Notes under the pieces: model-generated | The model's input: the letters and a program-made list of their open reading frames with translations, nothing else | Told to the model about the DNA's origin: nothing | Databases searched by the model: none | Translations under genes and position numbers: made by a program | Shown here: in pieces, positions 1-12,800 of the stretch | Layout: each line of letters starts with the position of its first letter | Position numbering within the stretch: position 1 is the first letter of the stretch | Assembly: GCA_963575745.1 (NCBI GenBank) | Contig: CAUYUJ010000203.1 | Coordinates: 124,001-188,000, forward strand | Source: Prorocentrum cordatum | Lineage: Eukaryota | Length of the DNA stretch: 64,000 nt | Reading direction: 5' to 3'

Positions 1-12
1 CTCCGCAGGCGC

Positions 13-3000
13 GTGGGCTCACGGAGGCCTCGGCGCGCCGCCTGCTGCGGCGGCCTCGGTGGCGCGCCGCTCGTGCCCCCCGCCTCGCCAGACGCCATCG
101 GGGAGGTCGCCCTGCCCTCGTCTGACGGTTGGCCAGTGCGACAGCGGCGGCGACTTGCTCGGAAACGCGGGAGCGGGCCGGGGCGAGCGGCGGCGCGACG
201 CGATGGAGGGTCGCCTGCTGGCGGCACCGACGGGGCCACCGCCCCCATCCAAGGGTTCATCGCAACGGTGAACGACACTTCCCACAGCTGCCTTCTCGAC
301 TATCTGCCTGGAGCGGTGGCCACGGTGCTGCTCGCGCAGGAGCACCACCTGCTGGCTGACAGGATCCCGCGGGCCCAAGCCAGGGCTCGCGACATGGGCC
401 GGCATGGCCACTGGGCCCTTGCCCTCCCCAGCGACACGACCGAGAGCGGCACGGTCGCGGGCGTGGCGATCCTGGTGCGCGCGGACACCATGATCACGGC
501 GCCCGAGCTCGACGAGGCGAACCTGCGCCTGGTCGGCCCCTTTGCACACGCGCGCTGGGGCGTGCCAGGAGGCTTCGTGGCGGGCAGCCTCTACTTGGAC
601 AAGGGCGGTATGGGCCCCGGCAACTCGGCGCACGTCTGGAACATGGTCAAGACGGTTTGCCGCCTCAACGCCTTCGGCCATGATTGGGTGATCGGAGGTG
701 ATTGGGACAGCGAGCCCTCGGCCGCCCTCGCCTATCCTTGGGCGCAGTCCGCGGCCGCTGCTGCCTTTGTGCTTGCGCTGCCGACTTGCAAGCAATCTGC
801 TCCAGGCACCATCATCGACTACTTCGTTGCGTCGGCCAACTTGTCGGCTCGGTTACACCATCACGTGGAGGTGGACGAGGGCGCCGACCTTTACCCGCAA
901 CGCCCCGTCTTGCTGCAGGTGATGGTACAAGACACGCCGACGTGGAGACTGGTACCCGACGTGCCGAAGCCACTGCCTCGGCAGGTGCCCGTTGGTTGCG
1001 CGCTTCCCCGTGGACTGGGGCCCGCGGCCGATCGAGTGCGCTGGCGACTCGAGCGAGCTGGCGCACGCCTGGGACTACGCGGTGCAAGGCGTCGAGCGGG
1101 AGCCAACCAATCGCTGCGACTTCATCGGGCCAAGCGCCCTTGTCAACTCTGGCCGGGTAGGGGGGCCGCAGTTTGCGCGGCGGCAAGCCCGCTGGAAGCC
1201 CTCCTGCAAGCGAGCGGCCAAGAGGCCTGCCACCCTGGCTTGGAGGACGGCTGTTCGGTCGCTCGCCCGCAGTAGGCGCGAACGGCGCAGGCTGCGAGAC
1301 TTGGTGACCACGTCGCAGCTGGCCTTCATCACGGCGGCTTTCTCGCCTGAGCAGCGCACGGTGCTCCTCGCGGCCTTCTCCGACGTGCTGAGGTCTCTTG
1401 CCGGCGCACTGCGCGGCCGCATGGTCCTTGCCAGCCCCCCGATGCAGTTGGATTCCTTCCTTCAGTCCGGCCTGGGCGCGCTGGTCGCGCCGACCTTCGA
1501 CGGCCTGTGCGAGTCGGCGCAGGAGGAGTCCCTGCTCCGCGCCATGCTCGACCAGCAGGCGAGCCGACGCGCCTGGGGTGTGGCCTCCGCTGCACGCAAG
1601 GCTTCCAAGGCGCCCTCTGTCGACGAGGTGGTCTCTTGGCTACGGTTGCGCGACAGGGCCCAGCCCTGCGCGTTGATCGACGGGGACTTGGCCTCGTGGA
1701 GAGGGATCGGGTCGCACCATGCCTGCGTCGAGCTGGAGCGACCCGCCGAGTCGGACGAATGGCCCGCACTCCCCCCCACCCCAGGACTCGAGGTGCTGGC
1801 GGTCATCCTGTCCCTACCAGGGGCCACTTCCACGGGGCCGACTGAACTCCACCCGCGTTCCCCGCGGCGCCTTCCGGACCAGGCGCTCGGGGCGATGGCG
1901 AGGTTATCCGTGCAATGCGAGTCGGTCTTGGACTGGCCGAGGGACCACCTCTGGGCAATGATGCGCCGCGTCCCGAAGCCCGAGTCAGGCCACCGCCTCG
2001 TCGCCGTCCTGGACACATTATTCCGGGTTCGGGGCCGCCGGCGCCGCCCGCTCACCAGGGCCTCGTCCGTCGAGCACCGCGTCGAGGAGGTGCGGGGCAC
2101 GCGCAGCCGCTACACCAGCAGCGACAGCGCGTCCGAGCACAACCTGCAGGCCGAGATCGGCTCCATCAAGGGCCAGTTCGTGGTCACGGCCCTGGATGAC
2201 ATCAAGAAGGCCTGCGACATTTCACGCCCTGCCCAGCTGCGCCAAGAAGGCCTGCACTAGGTCCCCCCCCTCGGATGCCATGGAAGTTGGTTTGGCAGCG
2301 CAGACTGCCGCGCCGCTTGGAAGGCAACGCCTCGGTCTCCAGCGCCTTCGCGTCCGATCAGGGCTTCTTCGCTGGATGCGCGCGCCCTGGCGGCATGCTC
2401 GAGCTTCTCGCCTTGCGGGCCTCTTGAGGATTAAAGAGGCCCCCGTGAATCTCAGCCCGAGGATGCTGGTCGACGACGTCTCCATCCAGCACGATGGCGA
2501 TGACTAGCGTGGGGCTGTTCACCTGGACAGGGCAGTGCAGCTGTTCCAGGCGGACTCCGCGCCGCCTGGCGTTGTCTTCAACCTGGGGGAGTCTGGCGTC
2601 ATGGTTGCTACCAGGACCCCGCGCGGCGGTCAGGAGGTCGCGCGGACGCCTCCCTCTCCGCCCTTGGATGCGCAATCTCGGCCACGAGGCCGCGCGACAT
2701 CAAGAGCGCCAGCGGCTCCGGCAGCTCCTTCAGCGCAAGCATCGGCTGAACGTGTTTCGCGGTGCGGCAGGCCGCAAGGCTTCTATCTTATGGCGGTCTG
2801 GAGCTCAGCCCGCCGTCGGTCACGGCGCTGGAGTCTCTGGGGTGCCAGACTAGGTGCTGAAGCAGACGAGGCCCGTCGCGGCCGCGCTGGTCGGGGCCCC
2901 TGCTCACGTCTCAATAGCGCCGTACTTGCACTGCCAGTGGCAGCGGCGGCGCGACCCGATCTTCGACGCAACCGCAGCCATCCTCCGCCGCTTCCACTGC

Positions 3001-4780
3001 TTCATCTGGGACGGGCGGGCGCTCCTCAGCGACGTGCGCTACGCTTGGGCTGAACTGGTTCCTCGCGCACAGGCAGGCCTCTCCTGGGCGGGCGTGCGAG
3101 GCCCGATGGCGGCCGTGTTCCCTGCGCTTCAGTTCATTGGCTGGGAGTGCCAGTCACCAGTTCATTGGCGGGACGACCTGGGCCAGATCTACGACTTGCT
3201 GCAGGTGGCCCCCGCTGAAATGCGCAGCTTCTTGGAGGCGCAGGTCAAGCGCCAGCAGATGAGCAAGCTTGCCTCAGCGCTGCCCGCGACCGGGGAGACC
3301 TACGCCGACGTGCGCGAGCGGGCGCTGAGACTTGGGCCGACTGAGCTTCCGCCCTCGAAGCTCGGTGCGATTCGCGCGCCCTGGGCCGACCGTCTCCCGA
3401 CAGCGGCGAGGCTCGTCGCATGGGGCCGCCGCGCCGAGCCTTCGTGCCAGGCGCGCTCGGAGCCAGACGGCAGCTTCGGACGCGTCTGGCGCGCGCGCCC
3501 CGCTCTCGAGGCACCCGACGAGAAAGAACCTATGATGGAGTGCGATGTTCTGCCAGACGAGTTTCTTTCTCATCGGGAAGCGCATTGCATCTGCCCCGTG
3601 GCCTTCCCAGGCTGTCTGCTGACGCCACCCCCTTTCCACCGGCGATCCCTGAGCGCTGGGGGCGCGGCGACGTGCGAGGGTTTTGGGGGCCTGTGACGTT
3701 CGGGGGCGGGAGTGCTCAGGGATCCTCGGTGCCAGAGGTGCGCAGGGCTGGCTGGTCGATCGCGCAACTCTCCTCGGACCTCCCCCCTGTGCGAGCTCGG
3801 TTTGGCAGCCTCGATCGACCCGCGCAAATAGTTGGTCGCGCCGAGCGCACCGCTGCGTCAGATGCCTTCCGCGTGAATCCAGCTTTGAAGGCGCATTTAT
3901 TTGATATCTTGGCTCCTGTCCGCGAGGGGCAGAGCTGGGGCCCCGAGCTAGCTTGCGGCATGCGGAAATACGCCCTGGTCCGGAGGTCGATCTTCGCACA
4001 GGCCGATAAACGGACATCCCTCGCCCTTTTTTTCTTGCGTGAACCCCCGCCCACCTCTCGTTAGAGCAGGCCTATTAGCTTGGGTCGGCAGTGCATGGGC
4101 CGATTTCTTTGTTAAAATCGCGCCGCGTAGGTCTATGGTCTCTCGCGGGCTCTGCACAGCCATCGAGGGCGAGCTTCAATTCCATGGAACCTCGTTGCAG
4201 TATGTCTCATGGGCTGCAGCCAGGGTTGTCAGGCCTAGGCGTTGGACAGACATCCCTCCTCCTCCTCCGCATCCGAAGGCCCCGCGTTGTCGCTATATGA
4301 GCATCAGTTTTACTTGGGCAACCGTTCGGGCGAAGTCAGGTGTGGCAGCTGTTTTGTTGGGGCGCGTTCTGCCAGTACCTTCGCCCATCTGTGTAGCGAT
4401 TCCTTGCGATTTTGTCGTAGGAACGGGATGGCGGCCTTGGAGGGCCAGCGAGTGGCTCAGGAAGACGGGGCCCCGCGCCCAGGCAATCCAGGCCGAGGCC
4501 GTGGGTTTCGCCCTCGCCGCTGCTGCCGCTGCCTCCCCCCCTGCCGCTGCCTCTGCTAAGCCTCCTGAACCTCGTCTGCATGAAGACGCTGGGACGGCCG
4601 CCCTCCAGGAGTTTCGTAATCGCGGCCATGCAATGGCCCAGATTGGCAGCGTTTGCATATGCGCAGCCTGTTCTGGCTTCCTTCGGTGGGGTCACGTTGG
4701 CCCTCCTCGACGTTTGTCGTGGTCCTTCGGTCGTGCCCTTGGTTCGCGATGCGCAGGTGAGGAAGCTGGAGAGGGCCCGT
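13..4780 (+). mobile_element. Decayed non-LTR (LINE-like) retrotransposon: APE endonuclease - RT - RNase H, frameshifted
   Basis: EN motifs LLAQEHH, GVAILV, SLYL, VIGGDWD, TIIDYFV (~250-930). RT motifs TGPTELH, PKPESGHRLVAVL, LDDIKKACD, MLVDD (~1820-2480). RNase H-like FGGGSA..PEVRRAGW and QIVGRAE (~3695-3850). The motifs are spread over different frames with stops. Confidence 0.85.
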
Positions 4781-6861
4781 AGGGGCCTGCACCCGTCCAC
4801 GGGGTCTGCGCTGGACTGATTTGGCGTGTTCCTGGCCTGGCCCTGTCTTCTTGCCTGGCCGTGGTCAGCCCCGATTGGCCATTTGGTCGGGATCAGCATT
4901 CGGCCAAGTGCTTATCCCTACCGAGACGTCGTTCCGACGTTTACTCCATGTTTGTAGGGCACTTTGCTCATACCCCGTCGCTGTTAGGGCAAGCTGACGA
5001 CGCTTTGGCCGGCGCCCACCTCCTCCTTCCCCCCTCCAAGTGATGGTGGCGGTGGTGGAACACAGGCCCATCAGAGCAGGGGGGCAGGGGACAGCTCGGG
5101 GATACATCCACCCAGAGGCTAGACGGACGCACCCCTTATCGAAAACGGATGCCCCCCCCCCCCCCGTCGTAGATCCACGAGTTTGGCCCCGAATCTCTGG
5201 TCCGTTTGGGCACCCCCCACGAAGTCGGGGACTGGGGTCGTCATGCCTGCCGCCATGGGGTGCAGTGGGGGCCCATGCCCAAAAACACCCGGCTTGCATC
5301 CAGGGTGCCCTGGGTTTCTTGGGTTTCGATGGTTCTGTTGCGGCGAGCGCGACGCTCCCGCGCCAGAGCCTAATGGACGTCTTGGGGTCTCAGGGTTGGG
5401 TTTCGTGGGGTTGGGTTTCGTGGAAGGTTTCTTGTGGTCGAGCTCCCTGGAGTAGATCCCCGAGGGGAGGGGCGATGCAGGGAGAGGGGCGGGGCCGCGG
5501 GGGCGGGGCAGGAACGGCAAGGAGAACGGCGCGGGGGGGGGGAAACATGGCAGGTCGGGCCGCCGCCTGGGGACACGGTGCGGGTCCGAAAACCATCCAA
5601 CAGCGGGTCCGAGAACCATCCAACAGCCATCAAACAAGCCATCAAACAATCATCAAACGAAAACATCCGGAAATCATCGAAGTAGAAACATCCAACAGGT
5701 TTCCTGTGGTCGAGCTCCTACTGCACGCCACCTGCTCGAGCCTCGCCCCGGGCCCACAAACCTCCCCTGGGAGGGCTTCCCCCGGCCCCGCGCCGCCCCG
5801 CAGGGCGCGCGGGCCCGCCGGGCGCGGGGGGCGGAGAGGCCTCGGGAAGCCCTTCGGGTAGGCCCTCCGGAAGGCCCCAGGAAGTCCCAGGACGCTCCGG
5901 GAGGCCGGTCGCCACGTGTTCAGGTCGCTGGCACGGGCGGGAGGGAGGAAGCGAGGGAGGGAGGGAGGGAGGAGGAGGAGGAGGAGGAGGAGGAGGAGGA
6001 GGAGGAGGAGGAGGAGGAGGAGGAGGAGAGGGAGGTTGGAGGAGGGGGGGGGAAGGGAGGAGGGAGGAGGGAGGAGGGGGGAGAGGGGGAGGAGGAGGGA
6101 GGAGGTCAGTCGGTGCGGTTCGGCACTGCTGCAGCCTGCAGCCAGGGGGAGCTGGGGTAACTCTTACTCCGACCGCCGCGTGTCCAGCACATGAGGGTGT
6201 GCCCAAAAGCCCTGAGGCCCGAGCTTGTCACGGGAGTGATGTGGACGACGACGATGAGTGCGGCGACGGCGGCGGCGACGGCGATGGGATTGACGACGGC
6301 TCCAACGGCGAGGGAAAGGTCGGCCCATAATCGCGTAAGCACGAATAACGAAGACGACGGCAGCGACGACGACGACGATAGACGATAGCCATGGCGACAG
6401 CAGCGGCGACGTCGACGGCGACGGCAGCAGTGACAAGGACGACGGCGGCGGCGACGGCGAGAGACGACCACCACGTCGGGCCAGAAACGGGGAAGAGCCG
6501 AGCGCAGTCGACGACGTCGGCAGCGACCACAAAGATCGGGCTGGACGAACGGGTAGGATAAGTAAGGAAACGGGGGGGCACGAAATCTGCTGCCAGCAGC
6601 TGGTTTCAGCCCCGCCGCTGGGCGAAGTCCTCGATGGGCGCCTCCCGGCGCGAGGAGGCGCCAGGAAAACCAGCTACGTCGGCTGATTATCTACTCTGCC
6701 CTTCCGTTTCGCTCCCCAAAAAAGACGATGTCGACGGCGACAAGCGTTGACGCTGGCGACGACGGCGGCGGCGACGGCAGCGACGATGGCGGCGGCGGCG
6801 GCGGTGGCGGCGACGGGCCACGGTGGCGGCGGCGGCGACGGCGCTCGCGGCGCCGCCCGAG

Positions 6862-6894
6862 GAGTACATGCCGGTCAAGAGCTGCCCCGATGAG
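6862..6894 (+). CDS. PKD2-like exon a (EYMPVKSCPDE)
   Basis: cccgAG|GAG...GATGAG|GC, phase 0/0; the Cys sits in a position like that of the TOP-domain Cys. Linkage to the next exon is inferred. Confidence 0.6.
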
Positions 6895-9800
6895 GCTCGG
6901 GAGCCTTGGGACAGGAGTCGATACAAACGGGGTTCAGCCAGAGCGCTGAATCTTGCGGGATCCTGCGAAGCCAGGCTGGCTGGCGCGCTGGATCCTTTCA
7001 GGAGTTCGCAGGATCCTGCAATTCCTGACTGGCCCGTGTTTGCATTAACCCATGTCTGCACAAGCTTGACATGCTCCCACGGGATGGTCGGGGGTGGACA
7101 GACCTCCTGCCCTGACACGTCGATTAGCGAATTGGCCGTTTTCGGTTCGCGAGAGGGCGTCGCGGCCGTCATTTTTTGCGGATCCAGGTCCGTCGGTCTC
7201 GGTCCCGGGCCGTTTTCACGAAGGTCCGTCCACCGCCGAGAGGGGGGGGGGGGGAAGGTGCGCCCTCGCCGCGGGCGGCGGGCGCGCACGCGGCCAGGCC
7301 CGCGCGCCCACCGGGGGCCTCTGCGCGGAGGCCCTCGCGGAGGCGGTCGCGAGAGGGGCCTTCGATAGGGGGCCACACGCGAACCCTACCCCTACCCCCC
7401 ACGATTTCTGAGGGGGAGGGTGGGGTTCACTTCGCTCGGGAGCTCCCGAACGAAGTGAACCCCACCCTCCCCCTCAGAAATCGTGGGGGGTAGGGGTAGG
7501 GTTCGCGTGTAAGCCCCCATTCGAGGGGCCGTCGGGGCCCCGGGCGGGCCTTCGGAGCCTGAGTCGGCGGCGAGGGAGGGGGGGAAAGCGAGGAGGAGAA
7601 GGCCTGCTCGCCTGCTCAGAAGGCGGCGTGGCTTCTCAGGAGCCCGCCATCTTGGAAGTTTCCTGCGTCTTCGGGGAAGGCTCAGGGGACTTCTCAGGAG
7701 GCTAGGGGGCTTCCAGGCCTTTTGAGAAGGCCCGCCCCTTCTCCTCCTCCTCCTCCTCCTCCTCCTCCTCCTCGTCCTCCTCCTCCTCCTCCTCCTCCTC
7801 CTCCTCCTCGTCCCCCTCCTCCTCCTGTTCCTCCTCCTCTTCCCCCCCGGGGCCCGCCGCCGATGAAGACGCCGGAGAACTCCGGGGGCGTCTGGAGTCC
7901 TGCGCGGAGGCCTCGGAGGCCTCGCGGGTCAGCGCCTCCTCGGCACGGCGGCTCTCCGTCGCAGGATGAGGTTCGCGGTCTCTCTGTTCCGCATCGGGCG
8001 GGGGGGGGGGGAAGGGGCACTCGTGGCCGCGGCTGGGCGCGGCTCTAGCAGCTGGTCGGGGTGGTGGCCGATTTGGGGATCGATTCTCACCGACATCTCG
8101 ATCTGCTACAGAATTGATTTATCATTTTTTTTCTGCTCGCCGAGAATGTTTGCACACCCGGGGGACTTTTACGTACCTTTTTGTAGATCTGGCGGGAATT
8201 GTAATTTTGTGGTACCTCAATGTTGTTTGTGGTCGGTCTTCTACTCGAACATCCCCCTCGTTTTCCTCGCCCGCCCTGCAGGAGTTGGTGGCTGAGGCTC
8301 CTGGAGGTGCTCGCCGCAAGAGCGGCGGTGCCCCGCGGAGGCGCACGCCATCTGCAAACGTACCCGGGCCTCCTAGGGAGGGCGCCCATGCCATGAAACA
8401 CCCTGCTTGCTTCCAGGGTGGTCATGGTTTTCGTATTCATTGTTTTGCCGATTGGCGCGGACCCCTGCACTCCCTCCCCCACCCCTCCCCATGGAGCAGA
8501 TCCTGGCCTCTTGGGGGCGCCTGTTTCAAGCAGGTGGAATCTGCCCCGTGAGACGAGCTGTTGCAAACAGTCGCGCTAAGCAGAGGTCCAGAGCCAGACC
8601 CCCCCTCCCCCCCCCGTTCCGCCCAATGTCGAAACGCCGAATAAGAAAACGGCCACGTGCGCTGGGTTACTCGGGTTCCATGGTTCTTCGATGGAACGCG
8701 TCCTCGCACAATCATCGACAAGGCTAACCTCCAGCATATATATATATATATATATATATAACCATATCAACATCACCCGATTTCACCCGTACGATACAGT
8801 GGAAACCCGTGCCAAGAAACACCCGGTTTGCCTCCAGGGGTTCGATGGCTCTACGGTGGAAAATGTGGCGTCCCCACACCAAAAAACGAATGGACGTCCT
8901 GGGGTCTCAGGGCGGGCTTTCTTGCGGAAGGTTTTTGGTGGTCGAGTTATTATTGTACAACCGTCAAGAAGGGTACTTTCTAAAATAGTTAACACCAATT
9001 TGATATCACCCTCTTTCACCCGTTCAATATCGTTCCCTTCAATGTCGAAGCAGAGCGGAACGCGGTCTGGGCGGGTGCGGCTCGGAATTTCCACGATGGC
9101 CGACATTGGAGAGACGGCGCCAGCAAATATTTTGCACACAATGCCACCCAACGCCAGGACATCACGTCGACAAGGAAGCTTGACACATTTGGTTATAGGT
9201 TCTTGCGTCAAGGGTACTATGTCCTGGCTTGTTCAAAACAGGGCCCCCGTAGATCTTGACCCCTCCATGGGTGAAGCAGTGGCGAAGCGTCCTGGCTCGC
9301 CAATTGGTTCACCAACCAGTGTTCTAATATCTCGTTGTGGTTTGCACGACATGTCCTTGGAACACTTCTGGCTGAGGCCATCTTGGTTTAACACATCGCT
9401 TTTTGGTTTTTGAAGTTTCGCCTTTCCTATATGAGAAGATGTTAGAACGTTCGTTTTTGTTCAAGGACATGCCGTAGCATGCTTACCCGAATGCGCGGAC
9501 CGCTTGTCCCTGCTCAACGGTGGCTCGGTTTCATCCCGAGTTGTGTTGACGGCTCCGCATCCCGAGAACGGCCCCCGCGACAGAAAGACAGAAAGTATGC
9601 GAGTTACTTTTGTTCAGGACGCTGGAGGAGGTCTGAAGCTCCTCGCCCTCCCGCTTCCGCAGCAATTTTTGGCTCCGGCCCCTCGCCGACGCGCCGGCCC
9701 CGCGGCGATCCGCACATCCTCCTCCGGCGACGCGTAGGGGTGACCTTTTTTTCGCCGGAGTGACGCTCGGCGCGGGCACACCGGGCCCCTCCGATGGCTG

Positions 9801-12800
9801 AGCGCGATGCGACGGCAGCGGCTTGCGCGCTTGGGTCTGGCCGCCACGCGCCCCCCGGAAGCACTCCCTACGTGTGGCCGAGCCTCCTTTTGTCGGGGGT
9901 CCCCAAACGCGGTGGTGACTACACCGTGCAGCGAGTCGGTGGGGATTCGGAGTCATCGCACGGTCGTGGGACTCGGGTCGTTCTCCGAGGACGTCTCGGG
10001 CGACAGGGGCCTCCGGGGTCCCAAGACCGTGCGGTGACCTGCCGTGCGGTGAGGTGTGGGGAGATTTGAGGTCACCGCACGGTCCGTCACCGCACCGTTT
10101 CGGGACTCCAAATTTTGAGCGCGACGCGGAGGGCCCGGCCGCAGGGAGCCGGCGCGGGCGCCTCGCGATGCGGGAGCACGCGGCGGGCCTCGTTTCGCCG
10201 GCGGCCGCCTCCTGTTGCGAGGTGCCGAGGTGCTGCGAGCGCCCCTCGCGGGCGGCCGGTTGGGCCCGCACCGCGTGGTCACTCTGGCGGAGGGCCACTC
10301 CAGGTCGGGCAGGTCCTCCTCCTCCTCCTCCTCCTCCTCCTCCTCCTCCTCCTCTACCCTCCTCCTCCCGCTGCCCCGGGGGTCGCGCCCGCGCGCCGCC
10401 GACAGGCGAACGCGCCGCAGCGCAGCGCGGGGAGCACGCGCCGTGCGAGGCGCCGCGCGGCGAGGCCGGGCTCGTGGCAGGCGGCGAGCACCACCTGGTG
10501 GCGGCGGAGCCCCGAGAGGCGGCAAAGGTGCCCCTCCCACTGTCAGGAGGAAAAGAAACACACAGACACAATTAATCTTCGATTCCCCAGAAAATATGGG
10601 AAAGTATGGGAAGTGGGGGGGAAGACAGAAACCCAGAGAATGTTGGAAAATATGGGGAATATTTTTATTTGTGTGTATTTATTTGTGTGTCCTGGGGCCC
10701 CTTCACACTGCCCCGTGCCTCGTTAAAGCGACGCGAAGATCGGGACAAAAGCGGATCGGGATCACTCGAAATCTCTGGGAGTCGGCGGGTGTGGAGGATG
10801 TATTGGGCGCCGCGGCCGCTCCAGAGCGTTGCGGAGCGCTCTGAGAGCGCTCCGGAACGCTCTGGAGCGATTTATCCCGATCCTAGCCCTGCCCTCTGCC
10901 TCGTTCTGTCCGCCTCTCGGGGCCTCCCGGGTGGCCCTCGTCGCCACCGCCGGGGCTCGCTCGCCTCGAGCTCCTGACCGGAAGGCACCTCAGGAGAGGT
11001 CTGGGGAGCACCTTCACGCCGCACGGGAAGGATGGTGCTCTTGCATCTTTCCCCTGCGGCCCAGTCTTGCCCGCGCCCCGCTTTTGAAAAGCTTCGACCT
11101 GGGCGTCAAAGGCCCGTGCATCCTTATCGCGCCTCCTTGTGCCACGGGCTGACTGTCGCGGCATCAGCACCTCTTGGATTCCCCAGGATCAAGAGAGCGT
11201 AAGACCCGGGTACAAGGGACTCGGAAATCCCCGACGAGGTCGTCAAACAAGTGACGAGGCCGAGCCTGCATTTTGACGAGGCCTCCCGCTGCAGACATCC
11301 CACGAAACTCCTACTCGTCAGAATCCGAATCGCGGTCGTCAAAAAGCGATGGCGAACCCGAGTCCTGGCAAACCCGGGTCCTACGCTCCCCCGCCAGGAG
11401 CAGGCGGGCCTCCTGCCCGCGCGCGCGGACAGCGGCGGGCACGAGGGCGCCGCCCTGCGGCCCGGCGGGCGCGCGGGCTGCCCGACGTGGCCCGCGTGCG
11501 CGGCCGCGCTCGTCGGACGACGGCAACCGGGGCGCCGGCACCGGTCCGGGGGCAGAGGCGGGCGGGCGGCAATGTCGGGGGCGGAAAAGAGGGGGGGGAT
11601 GACTAGGGGGGGGTGGATATCATGGCGGGGGCCATGGTATTTCCCCAGATCTCATGGCGCCTCTTCTGATTTCATGACGTCCCTGGCCCCCCCGCTGGGC
11701 CGCGCACATGCCGCTGGTCATGATTTGCACCCCCCCCTCTTGGACCCCCCCCTCTTGGCCGCTCCCGATAATGTGAAGTCGGGCATGTTCATCTACAGGA
11801 GGAAGGTCCAGAAATAGTTCACCAAAGTAGTTTGGGGACGATGTTCTACACATGAGCAGCTATTTTTTGACATGTTTTGGATATCCTCTTGACGATTGCC
11901 CATTGTTCGTCGGAGTCGCGCGTGGGAGGACATGCTCGACATAATTGGTTGACCCACGTGGGGGGTGAAGAAAAGGGGCTTCATGGGGTCCATTGAGGGC
12001 CCCCTGCGGAGCCCTTTAGGGCCCTGCTCTTTCCCCTCCGTTTGGGTCAACCCCCACCACCACCCGCCCGAGCAGAGGCCCAGCCTGGGTCGAGGATCGG
12101 TGCATGAGTCGAAGAGGAAACAACGCCATACACATGATTGTTTGACGCTGCGCGCGGATTTCTTGGATCCACGCTGGACCCCCAAGGCGGCGCCTCCGGC
12201 GCCGCCCCTGGCGCGCTCCGCGCGCCAGAGAGGAGGGGCCAGCGCAGATCCAAGAAATCTGGGCGGAGCGCCAAAAGTTTATGTTGATGGCGTTTGATAT
12301 TGTTCTAATGAGTCGTCTTGACTTGGCTGGGAAGGGGCGTGCGCTGGCTAGGAGACACTCCCTGGAGACGCGTGTTTTTTTGTTTACCCTTTGGGCCATA
12401 ACGCGCGTTATGCCCATTCCCCGCCCCCTTCCCCCCAACGTGACGCTCCCCCTTTCAGTGCGTTCCCGGCACTGCGACGGCGTGTCTGGCACCACACTAT
12501 GTGGTGTGGGGGGGGGTTCGCTACGTTATGCTCCCTCTCCCGTTCCCCCCCTCCTCCCCCCCATAACGCCCGTCATGGCCGCGACTGCAAAAATGCGCGC
12601 GAGGTGAAATTCAGCATCGGCGCTGGCATCATCCGCGGTCGAATGCCAAAGCATCAAAATACTTGGGCTCATGACCCGGCATAGTCCTGGCGGATCCCGC
12701 TGGATCCCGCTCGTCCAGCTCCATTCGGGGTTGTGTCTTGGCCGATGCGGCTCGATGGCCCCGGGATCGGGCTCGGGAGCCTTTCGCCGTTCTCGCGAGG

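Noticed and set aside
8783..9413. Kinase-like DVLALG in a minus-strand ORF
   Set aside because: No other kinase motifs, and the ORF runs into a MITE
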